From: Nitrospirales bacterium
Lineage (GTDB): Bacteria > Nitrospirota > Nitrospiria > Nitrospirales > UBA8639
Reading direction: 5' to 3'
Assembly: GCA_963422365.1 (NCBI GenBank)
Contig: OY729426.1
Span: 960,001 to 1,024,000 of the forward strand
Length of the DNA stretch: 64,000 nucleotides
Positions 30,092 through 39,838 of this stretch are shown piece after piece (position 1 is the first letter of the stretch; each line of letters opens with the position of its first letter). Below the pieces are notes generated by a model. That model was not told the origin of the DNA. It did not search any database and was given only the letters and a program-made list of their open reading frames with translations. The translations under genes and the position numbers were made by a program.

Positions 30092-30211
30092 CCAAAGCCG
30101 TCCTCATGAATAGCGAAACAGTTTCTATGGCCTTCTGCCCCCTGATTCGCCTAACCGAACGAGACGTGTCTTGAGAACCAACTGGCCCGTAAGTCAGGGA
30201 TAGCGTGCGAG

Positions 30212-30787
30212 ATGAAAACGATGGGCGGCCGCATGAGAGTTCTGCCGTGCCTGGTTATCTTGGCTGTGGGAACGTGGCTGTTTCCCTTGCCCGTCTTGAG
30301 TCTGACGGGCGATCTGACCAACGATCCTGCCAAGGTCATCAAAAAATACCTGTCGTTGGATAAACGAGGGGTACGGTTAACCGCGCTGTCCTATGAAGCG
30401 GTCAAGCCGTATGTCGCTTGGGACAAAGAAGAGCCGATTTGGGAACAGTTCGTGGTGATTCTCGACTATTCGGTTATCGACGACGTCACGCAATGGAAAA
30501 TCGTGAGCAGCACGGAAGCCCTCATTCCCGTCACCTTTCAGGTCCTTGGAGTCGTCCACGTGGAAACCGCGACGTTTTTGCCTGAGCCGAAGGAGGAAGT
30601 GTTTTTCATTCGCATTCGAGCCGTTGACAATCACTGGAAAATGGTGTCGCCGACGTTTCCTCCACATGTCGGCCGAAAACGCTTAGCGGATTTCGTGAAA
30701 GCAACCATTCTTCATGAAGGCAATGAAGATCGGGTCGAGACGTTGCGCAGACTCAGAGCAGATCTCGTCAAAGCCGGCCGATCATGA
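30212..30787 (+). CDS. Exported hypothetical protein
   Basis: Signal-peptide-like N-terminus; overlaps the next gene's start. Confidence 0.7.
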   Translation: MKTMGGRMRVLPCLVILAVGTWLFPLPVLSLTGDLTNDPAKVIKKYLSLDKRGVRLTALSYEAVKPYVAWDKEEPIWEQFVVILDYSVIDDVTQWKIVSSTEALIPVTFQVLGVVHVETATFLPEPKEEVFFIRIRAVDNHWKMVSPTFPPHVGRKRLADFVKATILHEGNEDRVETLRRLRADLVKAGRS

Positions 30788-31449
30788 ACCGCGGCCCGCT
30801 AGCGGACTCCGTTCGGTTAGTCATTTTTGATTTCGACGGGACCCTCATCGATTCAAAGTATGATATTGCCACTTCGCTGAATCGCACACTCGGAGATTTG
30901 GATTTGCCGACGCGGCCTCCCAAAGAAATTTTTACCTTTGTCGGCGATGGAATCAAACGATTGTTGCGCGTATCCGTAGGGGAAGAAAATGAGGCATGCT
31001 ATGAAGAATCACTCCACCTCTTCCGCCGTTATTATCTCGCGCATTGTTTGGATACCACGCAATTGTACCCCGGCCTGGACCAGTTGTTTGACGGGCGGGG
31101 TACGCGCATGAAAGCCCTGGCCACGAATAAATCGTTGGAATATACCTTGCGCATCACCGAAGGATTGAAGGTCAAAGAACAGTTTGCCGCGATCGAAGGT
31201 CCTCTCGACCAGTCTGATTTGAAACCTGATCCTGGCATGTTGTGGCGGATCCTGGAGCGTCTCGCGGTTCCACCGGAAGGAGCCGTACTCGTGGGAGATA
31301 GCACGAATGACGTGCGAGCCGCCCAAGCTGCAGGGGTCTATTCCTGCGCGGTAGGCTATGGGTATGGCAATCGAGACAAGGTGTTGGCCCTCAACCCTGA
31401 TTACTATTGTGAAAAGCCGAGCGATCTTCTTGCGCTCTTGTTCGGATAG
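30784..31449 (+). CDS. HAD-family phosphatase (phosphoglycolate phosphatase-like)
   Basis: FDFDGTLIDS, ATNK, KPDP, VGDSTND. Confidence 0.9.
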   Translation: MNRGPLADSVRLVIFDFDGTLIDSKYDIATSLNRTLGDLDLPTRPPKEIFTFVGDGIKRLLRVSVGEENEACYEESLHLFRRYYLAHCLDTTQLYPGLDQLFDGRGTRMKALATNKSLEYTLRITEGLKVKEQFAAIEGPLDQSDLKPDPGMLWRILERLAVPPEGAVLVGDSTNDVRAAQAAGVYSCAVGYGYGNRDKVLALNPDYYCEKPSDLLALLFG

Positions 31450-31672
31450 GTTCGTTCTCTCTCCGGCCCTTCCCTTTCCGATGCCATCCCGAATCATCTC
31501 CTGTTTTGTGTGACTACCACTGAGTTCTTCAACACACTGCGAAGTCTTAGGGCCTTTCCATCCTCTGGTTAACGGCTCGTCAAGATAGTGGACTAAATTA
31601 GTAAGAGAGTCTTGGCGACGAACATCTGGTCAGGATAGTCGACTGCCGCTCGTAACAGGAAGGAAGGGGCCT

Positions 31673-32223
31673 ATGGAGAAGATCGGAAGACGAACCGTCT
31701 TGAAGTTGAGTGTCTTGGAGGGTTTAGGCCTGATGGCAAAACCTCGGGGATTCCTGCCTGTTTTGGCTATGGAGGGGTCGGAAACGTTTGAAGTCGTCAA
31801 AACGGAAGAGGAGTGGAAAGCCCTATTGAGTCCGGCACAGTATCATCTGCTTCGCCAAGAAGGGACGGAGTCGCTGTTTGCCAATACCTATCATCAAAGC
31901 AAGGCAACAGGCACGTACCATTGGCTGTGAACTGGCGTTGTTTTCCTCGGAATCCAAGTATGACAGCAAAACCGGCTGGCCAAGTTTTTGGGAGCCTCTT
32001 TCGGCTCAAGCTAGTGGGACCACAACCGACTGGAAATTGTTTTATCCCAGAACCGAGGTCCACTGCGCGCGCTGTGGCGGACACCTCGGCCATCTTTTCA
32101 AAGATGGGCTACCGCCGACCGTGTATTCATTTCGCTGCCCTTCAGTTTCGGGTAGCCTATAAAGACGAGGAAGTCGGACTAGGCGCTCACAGACTGGGAC
32201 GTGAGAGAGACGGTCTTTCGTGA
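31673..32223 (+). pseudogene. msrB: Methionine-R-sulfoxide reductase with Tat-like leader, two frameshifts
   Basis: KTEEEWKALL..RQEGTE / LFSSESKYDSKTGWPSF..RTEVHCARCGGHLGH / CIHFAALQF lie in three different frames. Confidence 0.85.
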
Positions 32224-32317
32224 TAGCTCCGTCTGATCGAGAAGGGGTTTCTTCACCGAGAATCTTGGAGGAATTTAGCGGGCATCTGGGGGATGAAGCA
32301 GATTCTGAAGGTCGCTC

Positions 32318-32506
32318 TTACGCTTTTTGAATGAAGCCGGATCGTAGACACCGAGTACAGACCCGAATGCGTTGAGCCATGCCGTTTATTAACGCACGAA
32401 CGGTTTGGAGGTTAGGTTGAAAGACCCGTTTCGTCTTATTATTGGCATGACTGACATTATGTCCGCTCATACGTTTTTTCCCACAAACTGAACAGGCAAA
32501 AGCCAT
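32318..32506 (-). CDS. rpmB: 50S ribosomal protein L28
   Basis: [34 protein letters not shown]. Confidence 0.97.
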   Translation of the reverse strand: MAFACSVCGKKRMSGHNVSHANNKTKRVFQPNLQTVRALINGMAQRIRVCTRCLRSGFIQKA

Positions 32507-32669
32507 GTCGGTGACTCCTTTCATTCAAGAAAGCAAGTGAAACAGAACCTCTCTGATACCATACCGTTGATTCTTCTGACAAGCCTTCCTCAGGTGTTTC
32601 CTGAACCTTGGCAAAAAATCTGAAGCACTCTGGAATTTCTTGTGCACACTTTGTACTATTCGCCCTGAG

Positions 32670-35378
32670 ATGGAAATAGACGCGCCGGTGGACGCTCTGG
32701 TCCAGGAGACGTTAGCGTCTCTTGTAGATCGATTGGATCGCACGATTCAATCGGTCTATGAGAATCAGGGAACCCCGGTGTCACCCACGACAGAGCTTGA
32801 TTCGTTCGTTTCAACGCACATCGTCGAGGCTTTGCGGAATACGGTGTTTCCCGCACACGTCGAGGCGGAATTATTGGTGCTACATTTTTTGTTTCAGGGA
32901 CAGGATCAGGAAGGGATAGCACGGACACCAAACCGATCTCCGATGAAGACCGTCGGAGACAGGTTAGAGACGGCCAGACGGATCCTGGCTCTTTTATCGA
33001 ACATGGCGCTTCAGCAACCTTCTGATTCCCCACCAGGCTTGGGACCCAACCCGGGTCGCAGGGTGACGGCTAATCAAAGTGATTCGCGATACGCGAAGAA
33101 GCCCCGTGATTCGTCAAACCGCATGTTACACGAGACAGACGTTCGGTTTGCCAAAGGGGTAGGCCCCAAACGTGCGTTGTTACTTGAAAAATTGGGTATT
33201 CGCACGATTGAAGATGCCTTGTGGTTTTTACCCTGGCGGTATGAGGATCGCTCCCGCATCGTGTCCATCTCTCAACTGGTTCCCGGCGAGAAAGCCACGA
33301 TTGCCGGAACCATCCATCAGGCCAGATTCCGGCGTACGCCACGACGTCATATGACCCTGTTCACGATGTTGGTTCGTGATGAAACGGGTGCCGTGGAAGT
33401 CGTGTTTTTCAATCAGCGTTATCTCGACAATGTGCTCAAAAACGGTTTGCGCGTGGTGCTCAGTGGCCCCGTGGTGGCGCACCCCCAGACAGGAGGGGTT
33501 CAAATGAGAACTCCTCAGTATGAGGGAGTGGATACGGATGAGGACCTGCTGCTCCACGTTGGACGCATTGTCCCCATTTATCATGAAACCCGTGGGCTGA
33601 GTTCCCGACATCTTCGCAGGGTCATGCGGAGCCTGCTGGAAGAGTACGGCTCTCACTTGCAAGACCCGCTTCCATCGCGTCTCCTGCAGCAACACCATTG
33701 GCCCTCCCTGGATGAGGCCATTGCGTCTCTCCATTTTCCAGGTAACCGTGAGGAACTGCCCTTGCTCAACAATTGGAAGACGTTGGCCCATCACCGGTTG
33801 GCCTTCGAAGAAGGCTTTCTTCTTCAACTGGCGTTGGCGCTCCGACAACGCATGAATCAATCAGCGGTACCCGGCATTGCCTTCCGGCTCACCGGAACGT
33901 TCACCGCACCGTTACGGAAGCAATTGCCGTTTCGACTCACGGAAGCCCAGCAACGGGTGATTGCCGAGATCGAAGCAGATATGCGTGCCCCCCGGCCTAT
34001 GAACCGGTTGCTCCAGGGAGACGTGGGGTCGGGTAAAACCATCGTGGCCCTGCATGCCATGTTGGTGGCCTGTGGGGACGGGTATCAAGCCGCCTTGATG
34101 GCCCCGACTGAAATTCTGGCGGAACAACACGTGTTGACCATCCTGCCCTACCTCGAATCTCTCGATGTTTCCGTTGCCTTTTTGACCGGAGGGATGTCGC
34201 AGAAGGAGCGGGCTGGTGTTTTAGAACGAGTCGCTGCGGGAGACGTGCAGCTGATCGTGGGCACGCATGCGCTGTTGGAACAGGACGTCCAATTCGCCAA
34301 GTTGGGAGTCGTGGTTGTTGATGAACAACACAAATTCGGCGTGCTTCAGCGCGGGAAACTTCGAGAAAAAGCCCTGCATCCCGACGTCTTGGTGATGACC
34401 GCCACCCCGATACCCCGTACCTTGGCCATGACGGTCTATGGAGACCTTGACATGTCCGTCATCGATGGGTTGCCTGCCGGGCGTAAACCCATTCAGACGC
34501 GAGTCTTTCGCTACAAGGCGCGGCCCAGGGCCTACGAGTTGGTGCGGAAGGAAGTCAACGCGGGGCGGCAGGCCTATATTGTGTATCCATTGGTGGAAGA
34601 ATCCGAAAAACTTGACCTCGAAGCGGCCCTGCAGGCGGCAGAACGCTTACAGGAACGAGAGTTCCCTGCGATGAGGGTGGAGGTCCTCCATGGACGCATG
34701 AAGTCCGCTGAGAGAGCCAAAATCATGAAGGCGTTTCGGGCTGGCGACGTTCAGGTCTTAGTCGCCACGACCGTGATCGAAGTGGGCTTGGATGTGCCCA
34801 ATGCCACGGTGATGGTGATAGAGCATGCCGACCGATTCGGGTTGGCCCAGCTCCACCAGCTTCGCGGGCGGGTCGGGCGTGGTGCGCAACGGTCGTTCTG
34901 TTTACTGATCAGTTCGGCTGGCAGAAGGACGGAGAGAAACGATCCCCCGATCCCAAACGTCGGGGACAGGCGTCAGGAGCAAAAGCCGGATGTCCCTACG
35001 ATGCAGGGGGCGTACAGTTTAGAGTTGCCATTCTCCACGGAGACGGCCGCGGAACTCACGCACAGACAGACCAAGCCGACGCAAACCGCGGAGCAACGTC
35101 TGAAAGCGATGGTGCATTGCGGCGATGGTTTTGCGATCGCCGAACAAGATCTCCAAATTCGTGGCCCTGGTGAAATGTTGGGAACACGGCAATGGGGGGT
35201 TCCTGAATTTCGAGTGATGAATCTAGTTCGAGATGCCGCGGTGTTGGAACAGGCGCGTCAAGAGGCGTTGGCCCTGATGAAGCAGGACCCTCAATTGTCC
35301 CATCCTGACCATCAACTGCTCAAGGCCAACATGTTGCGGAGATGGCAAGCCAAACTGGATCTAGGATCGATCGGATAA
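32670..35378 (+). CDS. recG: ATP-dependent DNA helicase RecG with N-terminal extension and a ~55-aa internal insertion
   Basis: KGVGPKRA, LLQGDVGSGKT, DEQHKFG, MTATPIPRTL, QLRGRVGRG, DLQIRGPGE; start approximate. Confidence 0.95.
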   Translation: MEIDAPVDALVQETLASLVDRLDRTIQSVYENQGTPVSPTTELDSFVSTHIVEALRNTVFPAHVEAELLVLHFLFQGQDQEGIARTPNRSPMKTVGDRLETARRILALLSNMALQQPSDSPPGLGPNPGRRVTANQSDSRYAKKPRDSSNRMLHETDVRFAKGVGPKRALLLEKLGIRTIEDALWFLPWRYEDRSRIVSISQLVPGEKATIAGTIHQARFRRTPRRHMTLFTMLVRDETGAVEVVFFNQRYLDNVLKNGLRVVLSGPVVAHPQTGGVQMRTPQYEGVDTDEDLLLHVGRIVPIYHETRGLSSRHLRRVMRSLLEEYGSHLQDPLPSRLLQQHHWPSLDEAIASLHFPGNREELPLLNNWKTLAHHRLAFEEGFLLQLALALRQRMNQSAVPGIAFRLTGTFTAPLRKQLPFRLTEAQQRVIAEIEADMRAPRPMNRLLQGDVGSGKTIVALHAMLVACGDGYQAALMAPTEILAEQHVLTILPYLESLDVSVAFLTGGMSQKERAGVLERVAAGDVQLIVGTHALLEQDVQFAKLGVVVVDEQHKFGVLQRGKLREKALHPDVLVMTATPIPRTLAMTVYGDLDMSVIDGLPAGRKPIQTRVFRYKARPRAYELVRKEVNAGRQAYIVYPLVEESEKLDLEAALQAAERLQEREFPAMRVEVLHGRMKSAERAKIMKAFRAGDVQVLVATTVIEVGLDVPNATVMVIEHADRFGLAQLHQLRGRVGRGAQRSFCLLISSAGRRTERNDPPIPNVGDRRQEQKPDVPTMQGAYSLELPFSTETAAELTHRQTKPTQTAEQRLKAMVHCGDGFAIAEQDLQIRGPGEMLGTRQWGVPEFRVMNLVRDAAVLEQARQEALALMKQDPQLSHPDHQLLKANMLRRWQAKLDLGSIG

Positions 35379-35849
35379 ACGCCGATGCGAGTCGCGGGTC
35401 TTGCTATCGGCACCCTCACGCGTCGGTTATTGGTAGCAGCGGTTTCCGCTGAGGCTGAGGGCCAGATTCACACCATCCACACCATCTATTCGGACCGAAA
35501 CATTTTGCAGTTGGGGAAGGAGTCAACTAAACCAAACGACTCAAACCGGAGGCCACGGTGCGCGTGATTGAGACGATTCGGAAGTGGAAAGCGATCATCG
35601 AGAGCCTTGGAGTCGAGCGGTATACGGCCGTGGCCCCCAGTGCCGTTCGACAAGCCGGGAATCGGGCAGAGTTTGTGGGGCGAGTCAAGTAAACAACGGG
35701 CGTCGAGGTCGAAATTTGGAGTCCATCAATGGCTAAGATAGTGTTTTGTTTCGCTCAATTCGTGAACCGTATCCATCATGCGGCGGTAGTGGTTGCCGGG
35801 TATGCTGTCCATGCTCGCCTCCGCTTTCCCTGCATCTTGTCACGTATGC

Positions 35850-36284
35850 ATGCCGTTCACGAATCGCCCTTTTATTTTGGCCATAACCGGTGGGTTGCTC
35901 CTTTCAACATCGGCATTTGCGGCCAATCTTTCCGTGATTGTTGACGGAGTGACCGAATCGGATGGCACGATCAGGGTTGCTCTTCACGATGGCGCAACGG
36001 GTTTTCCAGATAAGCGGAAACCCGTGATGGGGAAGATCGTCAATGCCAAATCCTCACAGGTTATGGTGGTGTTCCCAAATCTTTCTCTGGGAAAATATGC
36101 CGTCGCGGCGTGTCACGACGCTGATGGAAACGGGAAGATAAACCGCAATCCGTTGGGTATGCCAACTGAGGTCTCTGGGTTTTCAAACAATGCCCGCGGC
36201 AGCTTCGGCCCGCCGAAATTCGAAAACGCCACATTCGCAATTGGAGATGGCGATGCCACGATAAGGTTCGCCATCGCGAAATAG
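35850..36284 (+). CDS. DUF2141-family exported protein
   Basis: Signal peptide, GTIRVAL, GKYAVAACHDADGNG, GMPTE..GFSNNA..FGPPKF. Confidence 0.85.
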   Translation: MPFTNRPFILAITGGLLLSTSAFAANLSVIVDGVTESDGTIRVALHDGATGFPDKRKPVMGKIVNAKSSQVMVVFPNLSLGKYAVAACHDADGNGKINRNPLGMPTEVSGFSNNARGSFGPPKFENATFAIGDGDATIRFAIAK

Positions 36285-36410
36285 CCATAAGCGTCAGGCG
36301 TCAGCTCGGGATGGCGTGCCGTCTGCTTCGCCGTCGTCCAAGGGAGAGCCGCACCGTGGCGGACTGTGCGCCGAGGGCCGGGGCCATCACCGGAGGCGAG
36401 CCACATCCCT

Positions 36411-37895
36411 CTACCGTTGACTATACCAGCGAAATCCTTGGGATTCTGTATAGGCGGGGCGGTGAAACCCTCCGGGTTTTTCCAGGATCAAGGCTTTAAA
36501 GTCCCATAACCCGAACCAAGCCGGATCGAGGATGTTATGGTAATGAAGGCCGGTCAGTTTGGTGAGCGTCTCCCCGAGGGTGTGCTGTAATTCCGATTCG
36601 GTATACGCCCGCACCGCGAATGTTTTTCCCTCTGCTTCCTGGAGGCGTCGTATCGCATAGGCGGCGCCGGTACAAAGAACTTGAGTATCCCGTCGAATCG
36701 AGAGGAGTTGAGGAAGCGCACAGTATTGTTCTCGAAATCCGAGCCATCGGGCCGTATGGCGGAGATAGGTGAATTGAACTTCGTATTCCGTATGGCCGGG
36801 CAGCCGCACAGGGTCAGGCCAGCCTGAATCAATCCCGAATTCAATGAGCAAGGCTCGCCCACCCGGCTTAAGCACGCGCCAGAGTTCGTGCAGGAATTGA
36901 ATGGCGCCATGGTTCAAGATCACTTCATCGGGATACGGGGTGTCCAGGTTCAATCGGAGTGTTCGAATCAGGTCCAAACTCTGCTGATGCTCGGGAGTCG
37001 TGCCCTTGCGAGTCTCCAGTTCTTCCTTGGATAAATGGATCGGGGTCATATCCGCCAGGTTTTCATTGTCAAGAACCAAGTCCACGCTGGCCGCGGCTAA
37101 GGGCAACTGTTCCGCGTTCGCATGCAGGATTCTGGCGTCCCATCCCGCTTTTCCGGCTAATGCGAATTGGGATTGAAGAAAGGCTCGGGTGAGATCCAAA
37201 AAGAGATATTCCACGCCGCGTCGTTCGAGTGGCGAAAATTCTTTTGCCATTTCCTGGGACAGATAGCCCAAGCCCGCGCCTACCTCCACGATCCGCTGAG
37301 GTTTCGGACTCCACCAGCCTAATTGCCTGAGAGTTTTGGCAAGCAATTGGCCATAGGACAATCCATGCAGCGCTTCACAGGGTTCTCGGAGGAGATGGGA
37401 AACCGTAGTTTCGACAATTTCGAAATGGCCATGATGGCTTTGAATCCCTTTATGATGAAACTCCGTGAGATGCTCCTCGCTTTCGACTGCCACGTTTTCA
37501 TGCCATTGTTCGCGCACGTTTTGGAGAAGGAGGTCCCACTTCGCATTGACGCTATGCCCACTTGGTGGGGTCGTCCCGAAATAACACAACGAATATCGGG
37601 GTAAGGACCACCGTTCGAGAAACCACCGGCCGGTTTCTTGATGAGAGCCACAGATCCATTTGCCGAATTGATCGAGGAGCGCGTTGATCGAAAGGCGGCC
37701 ATCCATGGCCCCAAGGAGAGATGCGCCCATTCGGTTCAGCCGGACTAAGGGCAAATCTTCATCAAGCGGCGTAACCCACCATTCCTGAGGCCCCTGTTGG
37801 TAGACCACGAGGTCCGGCATGCGCCAGGCTCGTTGTTGGAGAATCTCGCCCTCTAAGGCAAGGGGTTGAAGGGATGAGACACGGGAAGCGGTCAT
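36411..37895 (-). CDS. Class I SAM methyltransferase with an N-terminal PqqD/RRE-like domain
   Basis: RLNRMGASLLGAMDGRLSINALL (PqqD-like), IVEVGAGLG, ANAEQLPL, WRVLKPGG. Confidence 0.75.
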   Translation of the reverse strand: MTASRVSSLQPLALEGEILQQRAWRMPDLVVYQQGPQEWWVTPLDEDLPLVRLNRMGASLLGAMDGRLSINALLDQFGKWICGSHQETGRWFLERWSLPRYSLCYFGTTPPSGHSVNAKWDLLLQNVREQWHENVAVESEEHLTEFHHKGIQSHHGHFEIVETTVSHLLREPCEALHGLSYGQLLAKTLRQLGWWSPKPQRIVEVGAGLGYLSQEMAKEFSPLERRGVEYLFLDLTRAFLQSQFALAGKAGWDARILHANAEQLPLAAASVDLVLDNENLADMTPIHLSKEELETRKGTTPEHQQSLDLIRTLRLNLDTPYPDEVILNHGAIQFLHELWRVLKPGGRALLIEFGIDSGWPDPVRLPGHTEYEVQFTYLRHTARWLGFREQYCALPQLLSIRRDTQVLCTGAAYAIRRLQEAEGKTFAVRAYTESELQHTLGETLTKLTGLHYHNILDPAWFGLWDFKALILEKPGGFHRPAYTESQGFRWYSQR

Positions 37896-38618
37896 TCAAT
37901 AACGCGAGTCGGCGGGGTTGGCATCAAAGACCATCCGATACATGCCCGCCCAGAATTCCAACCAAGCATCGGCTGCTTCTCGAGCGCCTTCGGCCACCCG
38001 ATGCAAGTCGTCCTCCGATCGGGCTGTCTTTCGAACGGCCTCAACCAACAAATTGCGATGGTGTTGTTCTTCAGCCAGATGTAAGGTAAAAAATTCTAAC
38101 TCTCCAGGATGAAATTGCTCATATTGTTCGAGGCCCGGCACAAAATATTTGAATTCGGATGCCGCGGTGGTTTCGACGGCTAATGCCGCTCCCAGCGCGG
38201 TTACATGTCCGGAATGAAAGAATAATCGCCGTAAGGTGTCGAGGTAGGTCGTCACTGCAGGGATCGGGATGGTGTGTTGGACATCCTGAGGCTGGAGCCC
38301 AATGGCATACGCAAACCGCTCGAGTTGCCGGATATGCACATGGGCCGGTGAGCCACTGCCCAACTCCGAGTACAGGGTCTTGGCCAACTCGGTTCGCATT
38401 TCCGTCTCGTGGATCGGGGTGTGATATAACAGGCCTTCGAGGACTTTGACGAAATGGAAGCAAAAGTAATGGTATTGCCGAACAAAGGCCCGAAGCTGTC
38501 GAGGCTGAAGTTGTCGAGCCCTAAACGTTCGGAAAAATTCGTTGGTCGTAACCGGATGTGCCTGGAGTTCTACGACAAGCGATTCGACATCAAAAGGGGT
38601 AGCTTGAACAGGGCTCAT
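37896..38618 (-). CDS. Heme-oxygenase-like diiron enzyme (PqqC/CADD/TenA superfamily)
   Basis: FVRQYHYF, SELGSGSPAHVH, ALAVE and FFTLHLAEEQHH ligand pattern; start may be 38648. Confidence 0.8.
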   Translation of the reverse strand: MSPVQATPFDVESLVVELQAHPVTTNEFFRTFRARQLQPRQLRAFVRQYHYFCFHFVKVLEGLLYHTPIHETEMRTELAKTLYSELGSGSPAHVHIRQLERFAYAIGLQPQDVQHTIPIPAVTTYLDTLRRLFFHSGHVTALGAALAVETTAASEFKYFVPGLEQYEQFHPGELEFFTLHLAEEQHHRNLLVEAVRKTARSEDDLHRVAEGAREAADAWLEFWAGMYRMVFDANPADSRY

Positions 38619-38798
38619 GCAATTCACACCAAGAATGGAAAAACTCATATCACCCGATATGACCTATGATAACGGTGACTGAACCCAGATTACACGATGC
38701 TCTTGGCCCGTCGCAAGGCAGCGAGGTGACGAAAGACGGTGTCGCGGCTTTCGGGTGGGCTGTCCTTCGTGCTGTCATCCTGCACAACGCGCACAGGT

Positions 38799-38887
38799 TG
38801 TCATCCTGAGCGTAGCAAAGGATCTGTTTTTACAGGCTCTCGTTCAATTTTAGACCGACAGATTCTGTGCCTGCGGCTTAGAATGAC
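38799..38887. repeat. REP doublet (TGTCATCCTGAGC..AGGATCT and an inverted copy) with flanking partial units
   Basis: tgtcatcctgagcgtagcaaaggatct at 38799-38825; inverted agattctgtgcctgcggcttagaatgac at 38860-38887. Confidence 0.75.
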
Positions 38888-38948
38888 GATGGGGGTCGCT
38901 CAGAAGGACACAGGAAGGATTCCTGCCAGGCTTTTCAACACCTAGAGG

Positions 38949-39743
38949 TCAGCCCCCTCTCTCCATCTGCAACTCACACCACACAGGCGTATGGTCAGAA
39001 GGTTTCTCTTTCCCGCGTGGGCCTTTGTCGACCCCGGAGGCCACGAGCCGGTCGGCAGCCTGCGGAGAGAGGAGCAAGTGATCAATCCGTAACCCGTGGT
39101 CCTTGTTCCAGCACCCGGCCTGGTAATCCCAAAAGGTGTACACGCCCATGTGCGGGTGACGGGCCCGAATCGCATCGGTGAGTCCCAGGTAACATAAGGT
39201 CTGAAATCGGGCGCGGGTCTCGGGGTGACAGAGCGCGTCATTGGCAAACCCCTCAGGGTCGTACACGTCATCATCCGTGGGACAGACATTATAATCGCCG
39301 CCCACCACGAACGGATCCTCATACGTAAGCGAGGTGTGAACGTGGGCAATCAGGCGATCCATCCACGCTAATTTGTAGGAAAATTTTTCCGTCTCGATCG
39401 GATTGCCGTTCGGCAGATAAATCGACGCGACGCGGACAGAGCCCTGAACGGAGCCAATCGTGGCTTCGATGTACCTGGCCTGCGCATCGGTTAAATCGCC
39501 TGGCAGCGTCCGCTGTTCGACTTCAATGGGCTGCTTCGCGAGAATCCCTACGCCATTGAAAGTTTTCTGTCCGACGAGAGCGACGTGATAGCCGATGTCT
39601 TCAATCTCGGATTGGGGAAAACTCTCTTCCAGAGATTTCAGTTCCTGAAGCAACAGGACATCAGGACTCGCCTCTCTCAGATAAGCCGTGACATGCGGCA
39701 GCCGGACTTTAATGGAGTTCACATTCCATGTGGCGATCTTCAT
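38949..39743 (-). CDS. xth: Exodeoxyribonuclease III
   Basis: MKIATWNVNS, LQELK, IYLPNG, GDYN, RIDH, PSDHTPV. Confidence 0.96.
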   Translation of the reverse strand: MKIATWNVNSIKVRLPHVTAYLREASPDVLLLQELKSLEESFPQSEIEDIGYHVALVGQKTFNGVGILAKQPIEVEQRTLPGDLTDAQARYIEATIGSVQGSVRVASIYLPNGNPIETEKFSYKLAWMDRLIAHVHTSLTYEDPFVVGGDYNVCPTDDDVYDPEGFANDALCHPETRARFQTLCYLGLTDAIRARHPHMGVYTFWDYQAGCWNKDHGLRIDHLLLSPQAADRLVASGVDKGPRGKEKPSDHTPVWCELQMERGG

Positions 39744-39838
39744 ACAAGGAGATTCTAGAGAGTTCGATTGATCCGTGGCAATTGTTTCAGGAATCAAATC
39801 GGTAAGGAAGGCACGGGTTTCAATTGAACGCAGCAACG

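Noticed and set aside
35385..35800. Short ORFs after recG (rsmD might be expected here)
   Set aside because: No methyltransferase motifs; looks like degenerate or non-coding DNA.
38650..38945. Possible RiPP precursor ORF upstream of the diiron enzyme
   Set aside because: The region is occupied by REP units; the only listed ORF is on the opposite strand and is a repeat translation without an RBS.
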